Assembly (NCBI GenBank): GCA_963779415.1
Contig: CAVZYA010000001.1
Location: 384,001 to 448,000 of the forward strand
Origin: an uncultured Acidobacteriota bacterium
GTDB taxonomy: Bacteria; Acidobacteriota; Thermoanaerobaculia; UBA5066
Direction of reading: 5' to 3'
Length of the DNA: 64,000 nt
Shown: positions 49,925 through 59,094 of the stretch, piece after piece
Layout of the letters: each line of letters opens with the position of its first letter
Numbering within the stretch: position 1 is the stretch's first letter
Position numbers and translations under genes: made by a program
Notes under the pieces: generated by a model
Databases searched by the model: none
Seen by the model: the letters and a program-made list of their open reading frames with translations, nothing else
Told to the model about the DNA's origin: nothing

Positions 49925-50833
49925 TTACTTTCGTGGCTGAGCGGGCTTTGTCGGCGTCAGAAAGCGGCCGTCACGTGCGAGGTCGACATCCCCCTTTTCG
50001 ATTCGGCGAATGAGCGACCGAACTGCTTCGAGGATGTCGTCTCGCTTCTGCCCTTTTCCGTGGAAGACGAGGCTGAGCCGGTATCGGCGATCCTCGGGCA
50101 CGTAGTCGAGGCAGTAGTTCTTTCGCAGAGCGCCGTGCTTCGCCTTTTCCGGCCTGGCCGGATTCCTCTTCGCCTCGCGAAGCGTGTCGCGCGTGACGTT
50201 CTCGCCGGCGAGCCAGCTCTTCAGAGCGTCGAGCATGAGTTCCTCGGTCGGGAGCCTCCCGAGCTCGAGGAGGAACGACTTCGAAGCAATGTCGGCGCGC
50301 CGACATTCTTCCTTGACGAGGTCGGGAAGCCGGCCGATCGCGAGCGCTTCGGTCACGGAGACGCGCGACTTCCCGACCGCTTCGGCGATCTGCTCGTGCG
50401 TATACGCCCAGCGGTCCTTGAGGGCCCGGTAGCCGTCCGCCTCCTCGAAAGGCGTGAGGTCCTTGCGCTGGAGGTTCTCGACGAGTGCGACTTCCAGAAG
50501 CTCGCTGTCGGAGAGCTCCATTTCGATGCAGGGAATCTCCGCGAGTCCCGCCTCGATTGCCGCGCGATACCGGCGTTCCCCGGAGACGATCGTGAACCGG
50601 CCGTCCTCGCGGGGCCGGACGAGAATCGGCTCGAGGACACCTCGCGAGGCGATCGACTTCGTCAGCTCCTCGAGATCGCCGAGAGCCGTTCGCGGCTGGT
50701 CGGGATTCGCGTCGATGAGGTGGATTGCGATCCGCCTTCCGACGGGGATCTCGTCTGCGCGGACGAGCTGGTCCACGAAGTGGGAGTCGTGCCTCATACG
50801 CGACGTCTCGGGGAGTCCTCGTCTCCTAGACAC
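49925..50833 (-). CDS. ParB/Spo0J family CTPase DNA-binding protein
   Basis: GTG 50833 overlaps the parA stop. NPDQPR, L..SI...GVLEPILVR, SGERRYRAA, ENLQRKDL..FEEA, HTH YTHEQIAEAVGKSRVSVTEAL. Confidence 0.9.
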   Translation of the reverse strand: MSRRRGLPETSRMRHDSHFVDQLVRADEIPVGRRIAIHLIDANPDQPRTALGDLEELTKSIASRGVLEPILVRPREDGRFTIVSGERRYRAAIEAGLAEIPCIEMELSDSELLEVALVENLQRKDLTPFEEADGYRALKDRWAYTHEQIAEAVGKSRVSVTEALAIGRLPDLVKEECRRADIASKSFLLELGRLPTEELMLDALKSWLAGENVTRDTLREAKRNPARPEKAKHGALRKNYCLDYVPEDRRYRLSLVFHGKGQKRDDILEAVRSLIRRIEKGDVDLARDGRFLTPTKPAQPRK

Positions 50834-51590
50834 GGGCCAGTATCTCCTCTGTAAGGCTGTAGTATTCGAGCGCTCCGCTGGAGCGGGGCGAGAACGAGAA
50901 GATCGTCTCACGGTACGCGGGCGATTCCTCGAGCCTCACAGACTTCGAGATCGTCGTCCGGAAGAGCTTCCCCTTGAAGACCGCCTCGATCTGCTTCTTT
51001 ATGTCCTTCCCAAGAGTCGTCCGCTTGTCGTGGAGGGTGATCACGACACCGATGATCTGAAGATTCGGGTTCGGGCGGCTCTTGATTTTTTCGATCGTCT
51101 CCAGGAGATCGTCCGTTCCCTCCAGCGCGAAATACGACGACTGGATTGGGATGAGAATGTGAGTCGACGCGACGAGGGCGTTGACCGTGAGAATGCCGAG
51201 TGTCGGGGGCGTGTCGATGATGATCGCGTCGTAGTCGGGTCCGGCGCCGTTTCCCTTCTGGAGCTTGTCCTTGAGCCGGAAGAGCCCGTCGATCTCCCCT
51301 ACCAGCTTCGATTCGACCTTCGCCACCGAGATCCGCGACGGGGCGACGCAGAGCGAAGGCAGCGTCGTCTCCCGAACGATGGAGGAGAGCGCGACGTCCG
51401 GATCGATCAGGACGTCGTACATCGACCGCTCCACCGTGCGGCGGTCGAGAAAGGACATCGTGGAGTTCGCCTGGGGGTCCAGGTCGACGAGCAGCGTTCG
51501 AAGTTTCTTCTGGGCGAGCGCGGCCGCGACGTTGATGGCCGTGGTCGTCTTTCCGACGCCGCCCTTCTGGTTCGCTATCGTGATGATCAT
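50826..51590 (-). CDS. ParA/Soj family ATPase
   Basis: NQKGGVGKTT, DLDPQAN, IIDTPP.LG, SVRLEESP; no N-terminal HTH. Confidence 0.92.
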   Translation of the reverse strand: MIITIANQKGGVGKTTTAINVAAALAQKKLRTLLVDLDPQANSTMSFLDRRTVERSMYDVLIDPDVALSSIVRETTLPSLCVAPSRISVAKVESKLVGEIDGLFRLKDKLQKGNGAGPDYDAIIIDTPPTLGILTVNALVASTHILIPIQSSYFALEGTDDLLETIEKIKSRPNPNLQIIGVVITLHDKRTTLGKDIKKQIEAVFKGKLFRTTISKSVRLEESPAYRETIFSFSPRSSGALEYYSLTEEILARV

Positions 51591-51663
51591 GGAGACGCGG
51601 CGGGATGATATTCAGAGCGCGGTCTCCACGGCAAGCCCGAAGAGCGCCCCGAAGGCGCCTTCC

Positions 51664-52149
51664 TTACATCCGGTACTTTCCGAGTGCGTCCGGGTCGACT
51701 TCCTCGAGCCACTTCCGGAGGCGGGCCGTGTTCGAGCTGTCGCCGGAATCGTCGGTCCGGCGGCTCTTCTCGAGGACCCCCTCCTCGACGAAAACGGGCG
51801 CGTTCGTCCGGAGGGCGAGGGCGATGGCGTCCGAAGGGCGACTGTCCACGTGAACCTCGCGATTCGCGACGCGGAGATGTATCTGGGCGTAGAAGGTATT
51901 TTCCTCGAGTGCGTTGATCACGATACGGAGGACGTCCCCTTCGACTTTCTCGATGACGCTCTTGAGGAGGTCGTGAGTCATCGGACGAGGCGTCGTGACC
52001 CCTTCCATCTGGAGGGCGATGGCGTTGGCCTCGAAAATCCCGACCCAGATCGGCAGGAGGTTCTTCTCGGCATCGTCGCGAAGAATGACGACGGGCATGT
52101 TCGCGATCGGATCGACGATGAGCGCTTTGACTCCCATCCTGACGGTCAC
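51664..52149 (-). CDS. Bifunctional nuclease (DUF151/BFN) family protein
   Basis: LPIWVG.FEA.AI, RPMTHDL, DSRPSDAIALALR; RBS AAGGAGG. Confidence 0.9.
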   Translation of the reverse strand: MTVRMGVKALIVDPIANMPVVILRDDAEKNLLPIWVGIFEANAIALQMEGVTTPRPMTHDLLKSVIEKVEGDVLRIVINALEENTFYAQIHLRVANREVHVDSRPSDAIALALRTNAPVFVEEGVLEKSRRTDDSGDSSNTARLRKWLEEVDPDALGKYRM

Positions 52150-52170
52150 CAGTTCCTCCTTGTCGATACC

Positions 52171-52199
52171 AATCTAGGGACCGCCGACGCCGATTTCAA
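52171..52199 (-). promoter_or_regulatory. Sigma70 promoter TTGAAA-N17-TAGATT for DUF151-parA-parB
   Basis: -35 box at 52199-52194, -10 box at 52176-52171, 17-bp spacer, followed by a strong SD. Confidence 0.7.
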
Positions 52200-52234
52200 G
52201 GAACCGCGACGAAAGCAGAACATTCCTGGAAGTA

Positions 52235-52259
52235 TAAGCTATTTAATATCAAGTACTTA
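52235..52259. promoter_or_regulatory. IHF-consensus site within a TAAG-N17-CTTA AT-rich element
   Basis: TATCAAGTACTTA (52247-52259) matches WATCAANNNNTTR exactly, with an AT tract 5' of it. Confidence 0.6.
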
Positions 52260-52281
52260 GAGAGCAAGACGAGAGTAATTC

Positions 52282-53625
52282 TCAGCGATTCCCGGCGGCC
52301 TTTCCTGTCCGAAGGAGCCTCCCGAAGAGGGAGTTCGGATGACCTCGCTCGACGAGGACCGTCGCGAAGGTCCCTGGCCGGAGATCCACCTCCGTCTCCA
52401 CATTCGTCACGCGGTTGCACGGCGTCCGACCCGATGGGCGAATGCCGTGCCGGTCCTTCCCTTCCACGAGCACCTCGACCGTCTGTCCCTCGAATCCGCG
52501 GTTCAGCTCGCGCTGGATCTCCTGCTGCCTCTCCATCAGCCGGCCGAGGCGCGCCGCGGAGACGGAGGGCGTCACGTCGCTCACCCAGCGAGCCGCGGCC
52601 GTCCCCGGGCGTGGCGAGTAGCTGAAGGCGAACGCCTGCGCAAAGCGGACCTCTTCGAGAAGCGAGAGCGTCGCCTCGAAGTGAGCCTCGCTCTCCCCCG
52701 GAAAACCGACGATCACGTCGGTGGAGAGGGCGATCGCCGGGACCGCGCGACGGATCTCCGCGACGAGGTCGAGATACTCCCGCCTCGTGTACTGCCTCTT
52801 CATCCGGCGGAGCACCTCGTCGGCGCCGCTCTGGACCGGAAGATGGAGGGCCGGACAGACCCCGGGCGAGCCGGCCATCGCCCGGATCAGCTTCGACGAG
52901 AAGTCCCGCGGGTGCGACGTGACGAAGCGGAGACGCGCGAGGAGAGGAAGCGACGCGACGGCGCCGAGCAGATCCGCGAAGTCCTCTCCGGTCGTCGGAT
53001 CCCGGTACGCGTTCACGGTCTGACCGAGAAGCTCGATCTCGACGGCGCCTTCCTCGAGCAGCCGGCGGCTCTCGTCGACGACGTCGAGGAGCCGCCGATT
53101 CCGCTCCCGGCCCCGCGTGAACGGGACGACGCAGAACGTGCAGTTCTTGTTGCATCCCTCCACGACCGTGATCGCCGCGCGATGCCGGACCTCACGCGCC
53201 ACCGCGCCCGGGGTCCAGGCGACCTCGTCTTCGGGGAATCCCGTCTCGCACGGGCGGTCCGCTTCTTCCCGGACGCGCCGGAGGACGACCGGGAGCGCCT
53301 CGATGCGTCCCGTCCCGAGGACGAAATCGACGTGGGGCAGACGCGCGAGGAGCTTCTCCCCTTCCTGCTGCGCGACGCAGCCCGTGACGCCGAGAAGCAG
53401 ACCCGGCTTCTTCCGCTTCAGACGGGCGAGCCGGCCGAGACGCGCGTAGACCTTCTGCTCGGCCCGATCGCGGACGGAGCACGTATTGAGCAGGATCACG
53501 TCGGCGGCCTCGGCCCCGGCCGCCTCGTGGTAACCGTCCCGGGCCAGAAGTCCGACGAAGCGCCGGCCATCCAGCACGTTCATCTGGCAGCCCCACGTCT
53601 CGACGAAGACGCTTTTCAAGGTCAT
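52282..53625 (-). CDS. miaB: tRNA-2-methylthio-N6-dimethylallyladenosine synthase
   Basis: TWGCQMN, NTCSVR, GCVAQ, GCNKNCTFC, TSHP, HLPVQSG, TDVIVGFPGE, YSPRPGT, TRAM domain. Confidence 0.95.
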   Translation of the reverse strand: MTLKSVFVETWGCQMNVLDGRRFVGLLARDGYHEAAGAEAADVILLNTCSVRDRAEQKVYARLGRLARLKRKKPGLLLGVTGCVAQQEGEKLLARLPHVDFVLGTGRIEALPVVLRRVREEADRPCETGFPEDEVAWTPGAVAREVRHRAAITVVEGCNKNCTFCVVPFTRGRERNRRLLDVVDESRRLLEEGAVEIELLGQTVNAYRDPTTGEDFADLLGAVASLPLLARLRFVTSHPRDFSSKLIRAMAGSPGVCPALHLPVQSGADEVLRRMKRQYTRREYLDLVAEIRRAVPAIALSTDVIVGFPGESEAHFEATLSLLEEVRFAQAFAFSYSPRPGTAAARWVSDVTPSVSAARLGRLMERQQEIQRELNRGFEGQTVEVLVEGKDRHGIRPSGRTPCNRVTNVETEVDLRPGTFATVLVERGHPNSLFGRLLRTGKAAGNR

Positions 53626-54293
53626 CGGAGCCAGCCGGGAGGCGCTCCCGACTTTCGCGCATCCTCCTCGAGATCGTTGACCTTGGCCCGGGCGTCGTCC
53701 AGCTCCTGGCGCGCCTTCCCCAGCTCCTCCCGGGACTGGTCCCAGGCGGGGCGGATGACGCGGTCGCGGTAGTTCCCGTCGCTCCAGGCGTAGAAGTCGT
53801 TCTCGAGCTTCTTCGTCTCGGCCTCGAGGGAGGCGACTCTCGCCTCGGCCGCCGTGACGCGCCCGTGGGCCTGGCTCACGATCCGCCGCCACTCCGCCTC
53901 GGTTCGCCCGTTCAGGTCCCGGAGCTCGGGAATCACCACGGCGCCTGGCGTGGCCGTCGGCGCCGGCTTCGCCTTCGCGCCCCCCTTGGCGGGCGGGCTC
54001 GCCGGGCTCCCCTTCTTGAGGGTCTCGTTCGAGATCACGCCGAGCGAGGGGCGCTTCCCTTCCTTCTCGCGCTTCTCCTTCTGCTTTTTCGCGATGTCGG
54101 CGAGCGACCCGTTCCCCGTTCCGATCGGCCGAGCGGCGGTCCCGGGTGCCTGCGGAGCCGCACGCGGGGCCGGGGAGGGAGTCGGCGTGAAATCCGGCGA
54201 CGTCGCGGGAGCGGACGTCGATCCCGTCGCCGGCTCCTGCGCGGGCGCCGCGAGCGCCGCAAGCAGAAGTCCGAACGCCGCGACTCCTCTCAT
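53622..54293 (-). CDS. Hypothetical secreted coiled-coil protein
   Basis: Signal peptide, Pro/Ala linker, heptad region ending ARKSGAPPGWLR; ATGA-coupled on both sides. Confidence 0.7.
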   Translation of the reverse strand: MRGVAAFGLLLAALAAPAQEPATGSTSAPATSPDFTPTPSPAPRAAPQAPGTAARPIGTGNGSLADIAKKQKEKREKEGKRPSLGVISNETLKKGSPASPPAKGGAKAKPAPTATPGAVVIPELRDLNGRTEAEWRRIVSQAHGRVTAAEARVASLEAETKKLENDFYAWSDGNYRDRVIRPAWDQSREELGKARQELDDARAKVNDLEEDARKSGAPPGWLR

Positions 54294-54673
54294 GGAGCGG
54301 AACTCCCTTCGCGGCCGTACCGGTCCTCGAGACGGACGACGTCGTCGAGCTCGGGCGTCGAGACCTCGACGAGGAGAACGTCCCCGTCCGGGGCGTGCAT
54401 CCGGTGCCTCGTCCCCGGCGTCACGTGGAAGACGTCGCCGGGCGCGAGTCGGAGATCGGTTCGCGCCCCGTCCCGCTCGACGAGGAGCCCCAACGTTCCT
54501 TCGAGGACGTGGATCGTCTCTTCCTTCCGGACGTGGTACTGGAACGAGAGAGCCTCGCCATGCCGGATCCGGAGGAGTTTCCCGGCGTAGCGCCCCCCTT
54601 CCGCGAAGATCCGTTCCTCCCCCCACGGCTTCGGGACGACCCGCGGCCGCCCGACGGCGAACGGTCCGCTCAT
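54290..54673 (-). CDS. Cupin domain protein (mannose-6-P isomerase/ketol-isomerase-like)
   Basis: KPWG.E, SFQYH..KEET, HRM, EVSTPELDDVVRLED.YGR. Confidence 0.85.
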   Translation of the reverse strand: MSGPFAVGRPRVVPKPWGEERIFAEGGRYAGKLLRIRHGEALSFQYHVRKEETIHVLEGTLGLLVERDGARTDLRLAPGDVFHVTPGTRHRMHAPDGDVLLVEVSTPELDDVVRLEDRYGREGSSAP

Positions 54674-56457
54674 GCGGACACCGCCCTGAGGCGCCGCGAC
54701 GCCGGAAGGAGGTCGCGGAGCTCGAGCCCGAGGAGGGCCGAAACCTCTTCGGGGGTCGAGAGGGAGAGCGCTGCCTTGGCGACCCGCACCGCCTCCGAGA
54801 CGGCGATCTCGCGGGCGAACGCCTTGATGACCGGCACGGCGCGGGGACCCATCGAGAACTCCCGGATGCCGAGGCCGACGAGAAGCAGGAAGAGCTGTGG
54901 ATCGGCCGCCATCTCCCCGCAGACCGAGACGGGCTTCTTCGCGACGCGGGCCGCGTCGGCGACCCGGGCGATCAGCCGGAGAACGGCGGGGTGATCGGGA
55001 CGGAAGAGGTCGGAGACCGTCTCGTTGGCCCGGTCCACGGCAAGCGTGTACTGCGTCAGGTCGTTCGTCCCGAGCGCCATGAAATCGACCTCCGGCGCGA
55101 TGAGGTCGGCCGTGATCGCCGCCGACGGGACCTCGATCATCGCACCGAGCGGGACGGCTTCCGGGACCGGAATTCCGCGCTCGACAAGCTCGGTCCGCGT
55201 CTCGCTCAGCATGGTCCGGACGCGGCGCATCTCCTCCACTCCGGAGACCATCGGGACGAGGATGCGGAGATCTCCCGCCGGTGCCGCCATGAGGAGAGCC
55301 GCGAGCTGCGCCCGGAACATCTCGGGGCGGGCGAGGCTGAGACGCACGCCCCGGAGGCCGAGGACCGGGTTCATCTCGTCGGCGCCGACAACCTGACGCG
55401 ATCCCTTCTTGCCGCCGAGATCATAGGTCCGGATCACGACGGGGCGAGGGGCGAGCCTCCGAAGAACGTCGGCGTAGAAGGCCGCCTGCGACTCGACGTT
55501 GGGGACGTGGAGGTCTCCCGCCGCGAGATAGAGGAACTCCGACCGGAACAGCCCCACGCCGTCGGCTCCGTACTCGAGGACGTCGGCGGTCTCACTCGCC
55601 AGCTCGATGTTCGCGCGGACGGCGATCTCGACGCCATCCGTCGTCTCGGCGGTTCCGCCGACGCTCCGCTCCTTCAGGGACCTCTCGCGATGAGCCTCCT
55701 CGGCCCGGCGCTCGCGGAAGAGCCCGAGGATCTCCTCGGACGGCTCGCGCCAGACGATGCCGTCGCGCCCGTCCACGACGACGCGATCGTTCTCGCCGAC
55801 CGACTCGAGGAGCTTCGCCACGCCGACGACAGCCGGAAGGCCGAACGACCGCGCGAGGATCGCCGCGTGGGACGTCGGCCCTCCCCGCTCCGTCGCGAAG
55901 CCGACGACCCGGTCGCGCGGGATCCGGACGGCGTCGGATGGGGTCAGCTCGTCGGCGATCAGGACGATGGCTTCCCCCGCGAGGTCCTCGACCCGGAGAT
56001 GGCTGTCGCTCTCGTCGCCGAGGTGCCTCCGGACGATCCGTGCCACGTCGTCGAGGTCGGTGGCACGCAGCGCGAGGTTCTCGTCCGGAAGGTCCCGGAA
56101 CCTCGAGACCAGGCCCCGCGCCGTCGCTTCGACGGCCCACTCGGCGTTGACGGCCTCCTGCACGATCCGCCTTTCCACCGGGCCGACGAAGGCGCGGTCC
56201 TTGAGAAACATCGCGTGGGCGTGGAAGATCGCGGCGTACTCGGGCCCCAGCCGGATGGCGACCTGCGTCGCCGTGCTCTCGATCTCCTCGACGGAGGACT
56301 CCACCGCGCGGCGAAACCGCTCCAGCTCCGCGGAGATCTCCTCCGGCTCGAGCTGCCGGTGGGGCGCCGTATCCTCGCGCGACAGCCAGAGGACGGCCCT
56401 TCCGACGGCGACCCCCGGCGACACCGGAATCCCGCTGAGCGACAGTGCCCGCTTCAC
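54670..56457 (-). CDS. ptsI: PEP-protein phosphotransferase (PTS enzyme I, no GAF domain)
   Basis: GIPVSPG, GGPTSHAAILARS, GVGLFRSEFL, NPVLGLRG, MIEVP, GTNDLTQY, CGEMA. TAGAAT 7 nt before the GTG. Confidence 0.95.
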   Translation of the reverse strand: MKRALSLSGIPVSPGVAVGRAVLWLSREDTAPHRQLEPEEISAELERFRRAVESSVEEIESTATQVAIRLGPEYAAIFHAHAMFLKDRAFVGPVERRIVQEAVNAEWAVEATARGLVSRFRDLPDENLALRATDLDDVARIVRRHLGDESDSHLRVEDLAGEAIVLIADELTPSDAVRIPRDRVVGFATERGGPTSHAAILARSFGLPAVVGVAKLLESVGENDRVVVDGRDGIVWREPSEEILGLFRERRAEEAHRERSLKERSVGGTAETTDGVEIAVRANIELASETADVLEYGADGVGLFRSEFLYLAAGDLHVPNVESQAAFYADVLRRLAPRPVVIRTYDLGGKKGSRQVVGADEMNPVLGLRGVRLSLARPEMFRAQLAALLMAAPAGDLRILVPMVSGVEEMRRVRTMLSETRTELVERGIPVPEAVPLGAMIEVPSAAITADLIAPEVDFMALGTNDLTQYTLAVDRANETVSDLFRPDHPAVLRLIARVADAARVAKKPVSVCGEMAADPQLFLLLVGLGIREFSMGPRAVPVIKAFAREIAVSEAVRVAKAALSLSTPEEVSALLGLELRDLLPASRRLRAVSA

Positions 56458-56490
56458 GCGCCTGATTCTACGTTGCAGCCCCGGCGCGTT

Positions 56491-56760
56491 CTATTCGCTC
56501 TCGTCGAACCGCCGCTCCACGAGTTCCTTGACCGACGCCACGGCGTCCACCTCGTCGGGTCCGTCCGCCCGAAGCAGAAGAGTCGACCCTTTGCTCGCGG
56601 CGAGCAGAAGGAGGCCCAGGATGCTCTTGGCGTCCACCTCGTCGCCGTCCCGCGTCAGGGTGAGGCGGGAGGAAAATCCGGCCGCCGCATGAACCAGCTT
56701 GGCGGCCGCCCGCGCGTGAAGGCCGAGACGGTTCCGAAGGACGAGCGTCTCCTCGATCAC
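56491..56760 (-). CDS. ptsH: Phosphocarrier protein HPr
   Basis: GLHARAAA (His15) and DAKSILG (Ser46). Confidence 0.95.
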   Translation of the reverse strand: MIEETLVLRNRLGLHARAAAKLVHAAAGFSSRLTLTRDGDEVDAKSILGLLLLAASKGSTLLLRADGPDEVDAVASVKELVERRFDESE

Positions 56761-57206
56761 GCCGTTGTCCCGCCCGGGCCCCCGACGAGGTCCGTCGCCG
56801 CGACGATCGCCCGACGCCCCCTTTCGACCAGGACCTTCGCGATCTCTCCGGCCGTCTTCCCCTCCTGTGCGATGGACCGCGCCCGGATCATCATCGCGAG
56901 ATTCACGCCCGAGACGATCTCCACCCGTCCGGGCTCGAGGAAGGCGAGGGCGAGGTTCGACGGCGTTCCGCCGAAGAGATCGGTCAGGAGCACCACGCCC
57001 GCTCCGCGATCGGCGGCGGCGATCGCCTTCTCGAGCCGGCGGCTCGCCGTCTCCGGCGCCTCGTCCCATTCCAGAGAGAGGACGCCCACGTCCCCGGCTT
57101 CGTCGGGCTCGAGGCGCAGAAGCGTCTCGCGGAGGGCGGAGGCCAGCGGCCCGTGGGAGAGGAGGAGGAGGCCGACAGGCGGACGGGACGTCCCGGAGAG
57201 CGCCAT
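56757..57206 (-). CDS. PTS mannose-class EIIA domain protein
   Basis: LLSHG.LA, LTDLFGGTPSN, GVNL.M. Confidence 0.9.
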   Translation of the reverse strand: MALSGTSRPPVGLLLLSHGPLASALRETLLRLEPDEAGDVGVLSLEWDEAPETASRRLEKAIAAADRGAGVVLLTDLFGGTPSNLALAFLEPGRVEIVSGVNLAMMIRARSIAQEGKTAGEIAKVLVERGRRAIVAATDLVGGPGGTTA

Positions 57207-57207
57207 A

Positions 57208-58074
57208 TCAGCCGCTCGCCTCGTCGCGGTGGGTCACGCGCACCGGATAGCCGAGGGCCACGATGTCCCGGGCCAGCCGCTCGGCGATGTAGATGGAGCG
57301 GTGGCGCCCTCCCGTACAGCCGATTCCGACGGTCAGGTACGCGCGGTTCTCGCGGCGATAGTTCGGGAGGCACCACGACACGAAGTCGAGGAGGCGGCGA
57401 TAGAACGGCTCGGTCAGCTCGCCCGCCTCGATGAAGCGGGCCACGTCCGGGTCGCGGCCCGTCCGGGGCCGGAGGAGAGGGTCGAAGTGGGGATTCGCCA
57501 GGAACCGGACGTCGAGACAGATGTCGACCGGCGGAATCCCGTGCTTGTAGCCGAACGAGACGATCGACACGGCGAGCTCTCCCGGATCGCCCGGCTCGCG
57601 AAAATGCTGGCCGACGGCGGCACGCAGCTCGTGGACCGTCATCCCGCTCGTGTCGATGACGAGGTCCGCCGTCTCCTTGACGTCCCGGAGGATCCTCCGC
57701 TCGAGAGCGATCGCCTCCGTGAGCGTTCGCCCTTCGGCCAGCGGGTGCGGCCGGCGCGTTTCTGAAAAGCGGTTGAGGAGCATCCGGTCCTCGCAGTCGA
57801 GAAAGAGGACGCGGGTCGGGACCCGTCGCCGGATCGACTCGAGAAGGGCCGGAAATCTCTCCGCGAAGTCGGGGTTCCTCACGTCCAGGACGACCGCGTT
57901 CTTCGCGCGCGGCATCCGCCCGGCCGCGACCTCCTCGACGAACTCCGAGAAGAGCGTGAGCGGCAGGTTGTCCACCGTCGCGTACCCCACGTCCTCGAGC
58001 GCATGGCCGACGTAGGACTTCCCGGACCCCGACAGACCCGTCACGACAAGAAGCTGACCCTCTCCGGAGCTCAT
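57208..58074 (-). CDS. rapZ: RNase adaptor RapZ (YvcJ)
   Basis: TGLSGSGKS, DNLP, RFSETRRPHP, SFGYKHG, DVRFL.NP, GCTGGRHRS. Confidence 0.95.
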   Translation of the reverse strand: MSSGEGQLLVVTGLSGSGKSYVGHALEDVGYATVDNLPLTLFSEFVEEVAAGRMPRAKNAVVLDVRNPDFAERFPALLESIRRRVPTRVLFLDCEDRMLLNRFSETRRPHPLAEGRTLTEAIALERRILRDVKETADLVIDTSGMTVHELRAAVGQHFREPGDPGELAVSIVSFGYKHGIPPVDICLDVRFLANPHFDPLLRPRTGRDPDVARFIEAGELTEPFYRRLLDFVSWCLPNYRRENRAYLTVGIGCTGGRHRSIYIAERLARDIVALGYPVRVTHRDEASG

Positions 58075-59090
58075 CGCATCCGGACCCTCGCGAGCGTCCG
58101 GCGCTTCTGCCGGCCGGTCCGGAACCGGTCGGCCGCGGCCTTCCGGGCGATCTCGTCGTGGACCTTCGCCGCCATCTCGCGGGCCGCATGGTAGCCGCGG
58201 CGGCGGAGGAGCTGGTTCCGGACGGCGATCTCGACGAGGAGCGCCACGTCCCGCCCCGTCGCCACCGGCATCGTCACCTTCGGAACGGCGACGCCGAGGA
58301 TCTCCTGCGACTCCTCGTCAAGGCCGAGGCGGTCGTACTCGCGCCCTTCGACCCAGTGCGTCAGGTGGATGACGAACTCCACCGTGTGCCGCTCGAGAAC
58401 CGCGGAGATTCCGAAGAGCATCGGGACGTTCACGATACCGAGGCCGCGAAGCTCCATGTGGTGGCGGATGAGGCCCGACGAGGAGCCGACGAGGACCTCG
58501 TTGGGGAACCGCTGGATGACGACGAGGTCGTCCGCGATCAGCCGGTGCCCCCGCTGGATGAGGGCCAGCGCGCATTCGCTCTTCCCGACGCCGGAGTCCC
58601 CGAACAGGAGGACGCCGAGCCCCCCGACCTCCATCAGGACTCCATGCATCGTCACCCGCGGCGCGAGAGATTCCTCGAGGAAGGCCGTGAGCCCTTCGAT
58701 GATCGTGCTCGTCATCCGGTCCGTCACGAAGAGGGGGACGGCCCGGCGCCGGCAGAAGTTGACGAGCGTCGGAAGCGGCGAAATCCCCTTCGTCACGACG
58801 ACGCCCGACAGAGGGAGTGCCGTGAAGGCGTCGAGCCGCTCGCGAGCGACCGCGGGGGACAGGGTCTTCAGGTACCCGAACTCGCTGTTGCCGAGTATCT
58901 GGACCCGGTTCGGCTTGATGTAGTCGAGGTAACCGGCGATCGCGAGTCCGGGCTTCTGCACGCGCGGCCATTCGATCGGGCGGTCGAGCCCCTTCTGCCC
59001 GGCGACGAGCTTCAGGCCGAGGGACGCGAGCGCGGGGGACCGCAGGTCACCGATCCGTACGGAGGGGCGGGTCTCGTCGGCGGGGATCAT
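58071..59090 (-). CDS. hprK: HPr(Ser) kinase/phosphorylase
   Basis: QKPGLA.AG, RVQILG..E, HGVLMEV, GDSGVGKSE, LIADD, MELRGLGI. Confidence 0.95.
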   Translation of the reverse strand: MIPADETRPSVRIGDLRSPALASLGLKLVAGQKGLDRPIEWPRVQKPGLAIAGYLDYIKPNRVQILGNSEFGYLKTLSPAVARERLDAFTALPLSGVVVTKGISPLPTLVNFCRRRAVPLFVTDRMTSTIIEGLTAFLEESLAPRVTMHGVLMEVGGLGVLLFGDSGVGKSECALALIQRGHRLIADDLVVIQRFPNEVLVGSSSGLIRHHMELRGLGIVNVPMLFGISAVLERHTVEFVIHLTHWVEGREYDRLGLDEESQEILGVAVPKVTMPVATGRDVALLVEIAVRNQLLRRRGYHAAREMAAKVHDEIARKAAADRFRTGRQKRRTLARVRMR

Positions 59091-59094
59091 CGGA

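Noticed and set aside
53854-57765. 1303-aa plus-strand ORF, and other long ORFs such as 38658-41288 (-), 42971-44977 (-), 17674-19590 (+) and the N-terminal parts of 20025-23468, 27247-30384 and 38891-42367
   Set aside because: Antisense or alternate-frame shadows of well-supported genes. They are Arg/Pro/Gly-rich, carry no motifs, and are expected at this GC content.
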